Source of the DNA: Acidobacteriota bacterium
GTDB lineage: Bacteria > Acidobacteriota > UBA6911
Direction: 5' to 3'
NCBI GenBank assembly: GCA_012729555.1
Contig: JAAYCX010000059.1
Location: forward strand, 15,588-79,587
Length of the DNA: 64,000 bases
Under the pieces are notes generated by a model. It was given only the letters and a program-made list of their open reading frames with translations, ran no database searches and was not told where the DNA came from. Shown in pieces: positions 53,684-61,600 of this stretch (positions within the stretch are counted from its first letter, which is position 1; each line of letters opens with the position of its first letter). The translations under genes were made by a program, and so were the position numbers.

Positions 53684-55144
53684 TCACGGCCCCGGGGGGC
53701 CGGTTTCCTCCGGGACGATCCCGGGCTTGCCGAGGGTGAGCGTGATCGGCTCCATCGCCGCATTCGTTACGATCCCCACCGGTTCGGACTGGGTCCCGGT
53801 TCCGGCCAGGTAGTTTTCGGCGACAAATGCCCGGACCCGGTATTTTCGATCCGCGATCCCCGTTACGGCGAACATCCCGTCGGCACCGGTCTGAAACAGC
53901 TTCTCGGGCTTGTCCGCGACCTTTCCATATTCCACATCCACGATTTCGATCCGGGCTCCCGCCGCGGGTCTGCCCGTGCCGTCGACGACGACGCCCCGGA
54001 TAACGAATGACGGTATTGGCGCAGGCAGGTGGATATCGATGTTCTCCAGCGTTGTCACGTCACGAAGATGCAGGATTTCGGGCCCGCCCGGCGCCGCACT
54101 CGGGTGATGGTAGACGGCGCTATACGGGGAACGCCAGTTCGGCGGCTCGAGGAGCCCCACCCCCACGATGTAGTCCCCCGGCCCCAACCCGTTGAATTCG
54201 TAGCGGCCTTCGTCTTTGGTCCAGACGGAGGCCCCCTCGAAGGCCCCCAGCCCCTTTCCCGCGGAATCGGCGAACACCAGCGAAACCTCGATGTTCGGCT
54301 GGGCCGGCCTCCCCTCCCCGTCGAACAGCTGCCCCCTGATCACTCCGCTGCCCTGAAGCAGAAAAATGGAATCGCTGCCGCAGAGGCCGGGGGGGCGGAT
54401 CTCCACGACATCGACCGGATCCCTTCCCAGGTAGCCGCTGTGCGTGGCCCCGAGGACCGGCCGGACCTCATAGCGGCCGGGCGCGACGGCGAGGATTCGA
54501 AACCCGCCGCTCTCGTCGGTAACGGCCTCATGAACCCTCGCCCCGTCGCGGGCGACGATCTTCACCCCCGGGACGCCGCTCATTTCCCCCTTCGCGAAAA
54601 GCCCTTTCCGCAAATCCCTTTCGACGAGCACCACTTTTCCGAAGATCCTGGACTCGGGTCTGCCGCCAAGCATCGCTTCGACCAGGTCGACGTCGTCCTG
54701 CCCGTCGGGCAACGGCCGGGTACGGGAGCACCCATTGACGGCCAGGTCGTACTTCAGGTCGCCCCCGCGAAATTGGCGCTCATCGTCGGGGCCGACAGCG
54801 CCGGCGTAAACGATGTATCGCCGGCCTTCCTCAAAGTGGTAGCCGCAGCTGCTGAAAACGAAGGAGCCCACGTCTGCGGTTTGCCGCCCCGCGGGGATCC
54901 CCTTGAAGCTCCGTTCCACGCTGAAATGGGCGAGCATGTCGGTCAGGACTTCTTCCGTCTTGCCGCGTCGCTCTACGGTCGCCCTGGTCACCTCGATCGA
55001 CCTCACGCTCCCGACGAAGACCGCGGCCGCCTGCTCCAGGCCGGAACAGGGGGACGATCCAGCCAGACAGGTGCAGGCCATGGCGTCGTTGACGGCAAAA
55101 CAGGATGCCAGGGCGGCACAGATCAGCAACGGTATCGCCCGCAT
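53684..55144 (-). CDS. secreted protein: TIMP/NTR-like N-terminal module followed by three CarboxypepD_reg-like beta-sandwich repeats
   Basis: ORF 53684..55231. The start is ATG 55144 with a GGGAGGAA ribosome-binding site. The signal peptide MRAIPLLICAALASCFAVNDAMA has an AxA cleavage site, so the mature N-terminus is CTCLAGSSPCSGLEQAAAVFVGSV. Later landmarks are SSCGYHFEEGRRYIVYAGA and LAVNGCS. Three repeats follow, of the type GVIRGQLFDGEGRPAQP...DEGRYEFNGLGPGDYIV. Confidence 0.7.
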   Translation of the reverse strand: MRAIPLLICAALASCFAVNDAMACTCLAGSSPCSGLEQAAAVFVGSVRSIEVTRATVERRGKTEEVLTDMLAHFSVERSFKGIPAGRQTADVGSFVFSSCGYHFEEGRRYIVYAGAVGPDDERQFRGGDLKYDLAVNGCSRTRPLPDGQDDVDLVEAMLGGRPESRIFGKVVLVERDLRKGLFAKGEMSGVPGVKIVARDGARVHEAVTDESGGFRILAVAPGRYEVRPVLGATHSGYLGRDPVDVVEIRPPGLCGSDSIFLLQGSGVIRGQLFDGEGRPAQPNIEVSLVFADSAGKGLGAFEGASVWTKDEGRYEFNGLGPGDYIVGVGLLEPPNWRSPYSAVYHHPSAAPGGPEILHLRDVTTLENIDIHLPAPIPSFVIRGVVVDGTGRPAAGARIEIVDVEYGKVADKPEKLFQTGADGMFAVTGIADRKYRVRAFVAENYLAGTGTQSEPVGIVTNAAMEPITLTLGKPGIVPEETGPPGP

Positions 55145-55482
55145 GGAATTCCTCCCGGCCATGATCCTCGGTTTTCGGATGAGCCGCTGACCACGGGGCC
55201 GCGTACCTCGGCCCAGGTTTCCCCGAATCATTCGCAGGACATCCGGTTCCGGTCCATTCCGACCCTGGGCCCAAGCCGGCAGAGGTCCGTCACCTGCGAT
55301 TTCCCCGAATGCCAGACAGATGGATCAGGGTCAATTTTTCATCAATGGAGCGGAAAAAGCAATATCCCATTCCCTAAGGAGGTCGTGGGCGGGGGATGGG
55401 CCGTGCGGGCGGATTCCCGGCTCCATTCCAGGGATCCCGGCCGGGAGGAGATGCGAGCGGAAAGTCCGGCGATAAATATTTC

Positions 55483-55520
55483 TTGACATGATTCGATACA
55501 AGTACTATTCGTTAGTACTA
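55483..55520 (+). promoter_or_regulatory. promoter and operator region of the BlaI-family repressor gene
   Basis: A perfect -35 TTGACA (55483..55488) is followed by 17 nt and a weak -10 TATTCG (55506..55511). Two palindromic AGTACTA boxes lie at 55501..55507 and 55514..55520. There is no Shine-Dalgarno before ATG 55520. Confidence 0.35.
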
Positions 55521-55906
55521 TGAGACCGCAAACAACGCATCTTACCGTGCCGCAACTGGAAATCATGAAGGAGGTATGGCGCCTGGAGGAGGCTACGGTG
55601 CGCGACGTCTATGAGGCACTGCGCACGAAGCGTTCGATCGCCTATACCACCGTCATGACGATGATGAAAACCATGGAGGCGCGTGGACACCTGCGCAAAC
55701 GGGTGGAAGGACGCGCTTTTGTCTACCAGGCGGTGGAACCCCAAAGCAGCGCGCTCCGCCGCATCGTCGGAGACTTTCTGGACAAGGTGTTCAACGGCGC
55801 CGCCGAGCCCCTGCTCGCCCATCTCGTGCAGGAACGCAGGCTGTCGCAAAAAGACCTGGATAAGGTCGCCAGGATGATTCGCAGCAAGAACGACCCCGCG
55901 CAGTAA
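55520..55906 (+). CDS. BlaI/MecI/CopY-family winged-helix transcriptional repressor
   Basis: LTVPQLEIMKEVWRLEEATVRDVYEAL...IAYTTVMTMMKTMEARGHLKRV-type pattern, at the typical ~128 aa length. Confidence 0.85.
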   Translation: MRPQTTHLTVPQLEIMKEVWRLEEATVRDVYEALRTKRSIAYTTVMTMMKTMEARGHLRKRVEGRAFVYQAVEPQSSALRRIVGDFLDKVFNGAAEPLLAHLVQERRLSQKDLDKVARMIRSKNDPAQ

Positions 55907-55942
55907 CCGGCGGCCGCTGCCGGCAGCGTGAAGGAGGACGCC

Positions 55943-57895
55943 GTGGCCTTACCTGTCTGGTTACAGAACCTGATCGCATTCAGTCTGCAGCTGGCCGTGC
56001 TGGCTTCGGTCGGCACGCTGCTTCTCTACCTGTTCCGCCTGCGCGTGCCGCGCGTCGCGCTCCTGTATTGGCAGGGCCTGCTGCTCGTGTGCCTGCTGCT
56101 TCCCTGTTTGCAGCCCTGGGAGCATCCCCGGATACTTCCTGGCCCGCCCGCGCTCCTGGCCGCAGAGGTCGCCGGCGAGGCGGTGGCTGAAATCGCGACA
56201 GGCGAAGCATCGCCTCCGCCAAAGCCCATCCCATGGAAGTACGTCCCCCAGATTCTCGGAGGCGGCATCCTCCTGCGCTTTTTGTGGCTCTTCATCGGAT
56301 TCCTGCGCCTGGGCCGGTTCAGGCGGAAATCCCGGGCATTTGGCGATGGTCGTCCCGCCATCGAGGACATGCAGCGGCGCACGGGAGTGCGGGCGGCGGT
56401 GCTCCTCTCCCCGGCCGTCCATGGTCCGGTGACTTTCGGGTGGCGGTCCCCCACCGTGATCCTGCCTTTATCGTTCAGAAGTCTGAGCGAACCGTGCAAA
56501 CGCGCGGTTCTCTGCCATGAATTGATTCATGTGCGTCGCGGCGACTGGATCGCGATCCTGGCCGAAGAGAGCATTCGTTCGCTCCTCTGGTTCCATCCGG
56601 CCGTCTGGTGGCTGTTGGGCCGGATTCGGCTGAGCCGGGAACAGGTGGTCGATCAGGAAGTGGTGCGGTTGATGGGGGACAAACAACCTTATTTGGATTC
56701 ACTGCTGGAATTCGCGCGGACGCACCGGCGTCTCCAGGCGGCTCCGGCACCGCTTTTCCTGAGCGAGCGCCATCTCGTACAACGCGTGGCGCTGCTGTTG
56801 AGGGAGGTTTCCATGAATCGGACCCGTCTTGCTTTCAGCATGATCGGAATTTCCACACTGATGCTTGCCACGCTCCATTTTGCCGCGGGATCCTTCCCCC
56901 TGACCGGCGCTCCCGCCCTTCGGCAGGAACCGATTCTCGCACAGGCGCCGGAACCGGCGTCGGAGCCAGGGCGCGCGGATTCCCCTGCGCCGGATCGTCC
57001 CCAGGTTGCGGAGTTGCAGGCCCCGCCGGTCGTCGCGACGGCGGCGGTTGCAGCCGTGGCGCAGACGCCCGGAACCGAAATCGAGGCGCCCCGCGGCAAT
57101 CCCATTCGCGTCGGCGGCAATGTCCAGGAGTCGCGCCTGATCCATCGAGTCATCCCCGAATACCCGGCCCTGGCGAGGAAGACGCGCGTCACGGGTACCG
57201 TCAGGCTCGTGGTTACGATCAACGAAGAAGGGTGGGTGTGGGATATCGAGGTGGCGGAAGGGCATCCGTTGCTGGTGGACTCGGCCGTCGCTGCAGTGAG
57301 GCAATGGCAATATCATCCCACCCTGCTCAACGGCGTTCCCGTCCCCGTGATCGCGCAGGTGGACGTCACCTATAACCTGCGGAATCCCGAAGATCTTATG
57401 GTGTCCATGGCCAGGTCCGGAGACCTGAATCCAGAGCCGGACGAAATCGTGCAGACGCCGGGCACAGTGTATCTTGCTGTGGAGCAGGGAACCCCCTATG
57501 ACGTGGCACAGGAAGCGGTGCGCGCTCTCATCGACAGGGGGATTCGGCGGCTGCAGTTATCGGGCGGGCCCTATTTCCTCTTTCGGGGAAAACTCTATCT
57601 TTCGGGGCCGGTGGATCGCGCGGTGAATCCCCTCTCCCGGGATGCGATCATGGACGCTTTCGGATCGGTCCTGGCGGCCGGGGAGGGGAACCCGATCAGG
57701 ATCAATTACCGAATTTTCATCAATGAAGCCGGAACCGTGGACGGGATGGAGCAATTGGGCGGGGATGCCTACCCGGAATTCGAGGATGCCGTCCTGCGCG
57801 CCCGGGTCGAGCCGGCGCTGCTCAACGGCAGCCCGGTCCCCTATGCCAGGACCCTGACCCGTTACTCCGTCGCCTCCGGGGCCGGCCCGCGCTAA
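55943..57895 (+). CDS. BlaR1-like M56 metallopeptidase sensor fused to TonB C-terminal-like domains
   Basis: ORF 55928..57895. I prefer GTG 55943, 5 nt after AAGGAGG. The N-terminal TM helices are followed by the zinc motif HELIHVRRGDW (HELIH at 56516..56530). The TonB_C-like module is RVIPEYPALARKTRVTGTVRLVVTINEEGWVWDIEVAEGHPLLVDSAVAAVRQWQYHPTLLNGVPVPV. A second, weaker copy sits at the extreme C-terminus. Confidence 0.8.
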   Translation: MALPVWLQNLIAFSLQLAVLASVGTLLLYLFRLRVPRVALLYWQGLLLVCLLLPCLQPWEHPRILPGPPALLAAEVAGEAVAEIATGEASPPPKPIPWKYVPQILGGGILLRFLWLFIGFLRLGRFRRKSRAFGDGRPAIEDMQRRTGVRAAVLLSPAVHGPVTFGWRSPTVILPLSFRSLSEPCKRAVLCHELIHVRRGDWIAILAEESIRSLLWFHPAVWWLLGRIRLSREQVVDQEVVRLMGDKQPYLDSLLEFARTHRRLQAAPAPLFLSERHLVQRVALLLREVSMNRTRLAFSMIGISTLMLATLHFAAGSFPLTGAPALRQEPILAQAPEPASEPGRADSPAPDRPQVAELQAPPVVATAAVAAVAQTPGTEIEAPRGNPIRVGGNVQESRLIHRVIPEYPALARKTRVTGTVRLVVTINEEGWVWDIEVAEGHPLLVDSAVAAVRQWQYHPTLLNGVPVPVIAQVDVTYNLRNPEDLMVSMARSGDLNPEPDEIVQTPGTVYLAVEQGTPYDVAQEAVRALIDRGIRRLQLSGGPYFLFRGKLYLSGPVDRAVNPLSRDAIMDAFGSVLAAGEGNPIRINYRIFINEAGTVDGMEQLGGDAYPEFEDAVLRARVEPALLNGSPVPYARTLTRYSVASGAGPR

Positions 57896-57925
57896 ACCAT
57901 TGCCTAATAGTGTTGTGATCCAAAG

Positions 57926-57968
57926 AAGGCCCCCGCGAGAGGCCGACCGGCCTTCCCGCGGGGGCCTT
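57926..57968. terminator. long GC-rich hairpin between convergent genes (candidate bidirectional terminator)
   Basis: AAGGCCCCCGCG...CGCGGGGGCCTT is a perfect 12-bp outer stem. The inner stem is AGGCCG-ac-CGGCCT. It lies between the BlaR1-like stop (57895) and the cyclophilin stop (57990). Confidence 0.55.
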
Positions 57969-57989
57969 ATTACGCCGGTATCGATGCCT

Positions 57990-58502
57990 CTATAATTCTC
58001 CGCAGTCAACGATCATGATCTTCGCCCGGGGGTTGCCGGAGCCGGAGCCGTAGCCTTCCATCTTTTCCACGACGTCCATCCCTTCGACCACCGATCCGAA
58101 CACCACGTGCTTGCCGTCGAGCCAGGGGGTCTTCACGGTGCAGATGAAGAACTGCGAACCGTTTGTATTCGGGCCCGCGTTGGCCATGCTGAGGACGCCG
58201 GGGCCGGTGTGTTTCAGGGAGAAGTTTTCGTCCGCGAATTTCTCCCCGTAGATCGATTTCCCCCCGGTGCCGTTGTGCCGGGTGAAATCGCCCCCCTGGC
58301 ACATGAATTCCGGGATGATCCGGTGGAACCCGGATCCCTTGAACCCGAATCCCTTCTCCCCGGTGCAGAGGGCCCGGAAGTTGTCGGCGGTTTTGGGAAC
58401 GACGTCGGAACGTAATTCGAACACGACCCGCCCGATAGGGGCGTCATCGGCGGTGATATCCATGAAACATCTGGGAAGCTTGGGATTTTCGGCTGCGCTC
58501 AT
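57990..58502 (-). CDS. peptidyl-prolyl cis-trans isomerase, cyclophilin A (eukaryote-like) type
   Basis: ORF 57990..58520. The start is ATG 58502. Long runs are identical to human cyclophilin A as I remember it: [72 protein letters not shown] and [10 protein letters not shown]. Confidence 0.9.
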   Translation of the reverse strand: MSAAENPKLPRCFMDITADDAPIGRVVFELRSDVVPKTADNFRALCTGEKGFGFKGSGFHRIIPEFMCQGGDFTRHNGTGGKSIYGEKFADENFSLKHTGPGVLSMANAGPNTNGSQFFICTVKTPWLDGKHVVFGSVVEGMDVVEKMEGYGSGSGNPRAKIMIVDCGEL

Positions 58503-58699
58503 GCGAAAGACTCCAATCAAGGGGTGTTTGTAGAATCAACCAAATTCGCTTCATGATAGGGGGTTTAGGCGCAAAAATCCAGACCGGGTGGCGGGCCGGG
58601 CGCCGAATCGATCCCCGGAAATTGCCGGCGGATGCTACACTTTTCCCTAAGAAACGACCGGGGAACGACGTCTACTAGATACACGGAGGCGGAATTGCC

Positions 58700-61600
58700 A
58701 TGATCCAGACCCGATACCGGATTGCGCTCCTGGTTTCACTCTTCATCGTCTTGAGTATGGGCTTCATGGCGGGACAGACATCACCCCAGGCGCCGGAGGC
58801 GCAAGCCGCGGAGTGGGACGGGGACTTCATGAAAGGGTGGCAAAGTCACGATCGACTGGTCAAGGAGCAGAAGTACGAAGCCGCGGCGTCGCTCGTGGAA
58901 AGGATGCTGGAAAAGGCCCGCGGCGCAAAGGACAACACCGAGTGGACCCGTTGCCTGGTCCGGGTCACCCGGTTGCGCATCGCGCTTGCCGGCCACGAGA
59001 CGGCCGTCCGCTTCCTGAAAGAGCAGCCCTGGCCCGAGGACCTGGCAGGGTCCTCCATCCTGAACCTGTACTACGCGCACGCCCTGACCGACTACGCGCG
59101 CACCCATTCCTGGGAGATCAACAAGCGCGAAAAGCTCGAGACCAGCGGGGTCGCGGACCTCGAGGTGTGGACGCGGGAGCAGATCTACCAGGAGGTGGAG
59201 AAGGCGCTCGAGGCCGTGTGGCAGGTGCGCGACCGGCTCGAAAAGCCTGTCGACGAGTGGAAGGAATTCCTGACTCCCAACACCTACCCGCGCGGCGTGC
59301 GCCCGACGCTGCGCGACGCCGTGTCCTACCTGCGCGTCCACAATCTGGCCGACACCAACGGTTGGCGGCCAGACGAGCTCAACGAGATCTTCCGCCTGGA
59401 CCTTGAAAGCCTGATCGCGGGGGATGCCGACGGAATCTCGCTCGTCGACCCCGCCCGGCACCCGCTCGAAAAGATCGGCGCCGTCCTGGCCGACCTGGAA
59501 AACCGGCACGCGCAGAAGGGGGAGCCGGAAGCCGCCCTGGAAGCCCGGCTGGAACGCTGCCGGCACCTGCATCGGCATTTCACGGAAGCGGAGGACCAAA
59601 AGCGCATCCAGGAGGACCTGGAACATCGGCTCGAGGGATACAGGGGGGTCCCGTGGTGGGCCGAGGGGATGGCCCAGCTGGCGGAATTCATCCGGGGCGG
59701 CAGCGAGCCCGATTCGATGAACCGCGCGCGCGAGCGCGCCATCAGGGGAAGAAGTGCTTTCCCCGATTCGCCCGGTGGAAAGCATTGCCTCGCCATCGAG
59801 CATCAGATCGAGGCGCCGGAATTCACCCTCGCCGGGATGCAGAACGACAATTTTCTCAAAAAATCGCTCCTGGTCACGCACAAGAACCTGGAGAAGGTCC
59901 ATTTCAGGGCCTATGCGGTCGATCTCCTGCAGGCCGTCGAGACCTCCGACGATTACAACCTCCTCCCTTCCGGCCGTGAACTCGAAAAATGGATGACGGG
60001 AAATGCCCCGGTCCGGCAGTGGGAAACCCCCCTGCCGGCCACCCCCGATTACCGTATGCACAAGACCTTCGTGACCCCGCCGCTCGAGCGCGCCGGGACC
60101 TACCTGATCGTCGCCTCCGCCCGGCCGGACTTCGGGAAGAACGACAACAGGATCGCCGGCCTGTACCTGACCATCGGGGACCTGGTGATGGTCACGCGCC
60201 ATGAAGGGACCGGAGCCGAAGTCACGGTCCTTTCCGGCGCCTCCGGCAAGGGGGTGGCGAATGCCGAGGTGATGCTTTACCAGTTCGGCTATAACCAGCG
60301 CCACCGGCGGGCGGAGACCAGGCTCACCGACGCGCGCGGCCTCGTCGAGTTCCGCACGGCGCAGCAAAACGTCCAGTATTTCCTGGTGGCCCGGAAGGGG
60401 GACCAGGTCGCCTTCGACCCGCAGCAGCTGTATACCTACCGGCAGGGCCGCCGGCCCGACACCTCTTCGACCCTGCTCTTCACGGACCGCAGCATCTATC
60501 GGCCGCTTCAGAAGATGTTCTGGAAAGCGGTGCTCTACCGCGGCGACGGAACACGGTTCGAGACCTCGCCCGGAAGCACCGTTACGGTCACGCTCAGGGA
60601 TATCAACGGAGAAGAGGTCAACTCGAGAACGGTGACGATCAACGGTTTCGGGACGGCTTCCGGCGAGTTTACCATTCCGCCCGGGAGGGCGTTGGGAGAG
60701 TGGCGGATCACGAGTTCCGCCGGCGGGGAGACCCCGGTGCGGGTGGAGGAATACAAGCGGCCCACCTTCGAGGCGAAAATGCTCGACCCGGAGGAGCCGC
60801 TGCGCCTCAATCAGACCGCCCTCCTGAAAGGGGAGGCGAAATATTACTTCGGCCTCCCGGTCACCGGCGGCCAGGTCCGATGGCTGGTCCGCCGCGAGCC
60901 GGTGTTCCCCTGGTGGTGGCGCTACGGCGGGTGGGGGGCGTTCGCCTCGCCCCGCTCCCAGGTGGTGGCGAGCGGCAGCACTGCGCTCGATCAGGACGGC
61001 ACCTTTTCCATCGGCTTCACCCCCGGAATCGACGAACGGCTCGGGAAAAACAGGGACGTCTCCTATCGCTACTCGGTCGAGGCGGACGTGACCGACGAAG
61101 GGGGGGAAACGCGCTCCACCGCGCGCTCCTTCCGGCTCGGTTTCGTCTCGGTCGAGGCTTCCGCCATCATGGACAAGGCCTTTTTCCTGGAGACCGACCC
61201 GGTGGGGATCACCCTCCGGCGCGCCAGTCTCGACGGGACGCCCAAAGCGGGCCAAGGGAGCTGGCGCATCGTTTCCCTGACCGGTCCGGAACGCGCGCTG
61301 CTCCCCGCGGAACAGCCGCTCTTCGTCCCCGGGGAGGTCCAGGCGAACCGCGGCTATCAGACACCGGGAGACCTGGAGCGCGAGCGCTGGAACCCCGGCT
61401 ACGACACGGAAGCCGTCCTGCTCGGGTGGGCCGAGGGCGCCGTGCGGGCATCCGGAACCGTCATTCATTCCGAAAACGGGGAAGGAAAAATCTCCGCCGG
61501 CAGACTGGCGCCCGGGGCCTACCGCCTTGTCTATGCGACGGCCGACGATTTCGGCGCGAAATGCGAGCTTCGGGAGAACTTCATCGTCGCCGCCCCCTCC

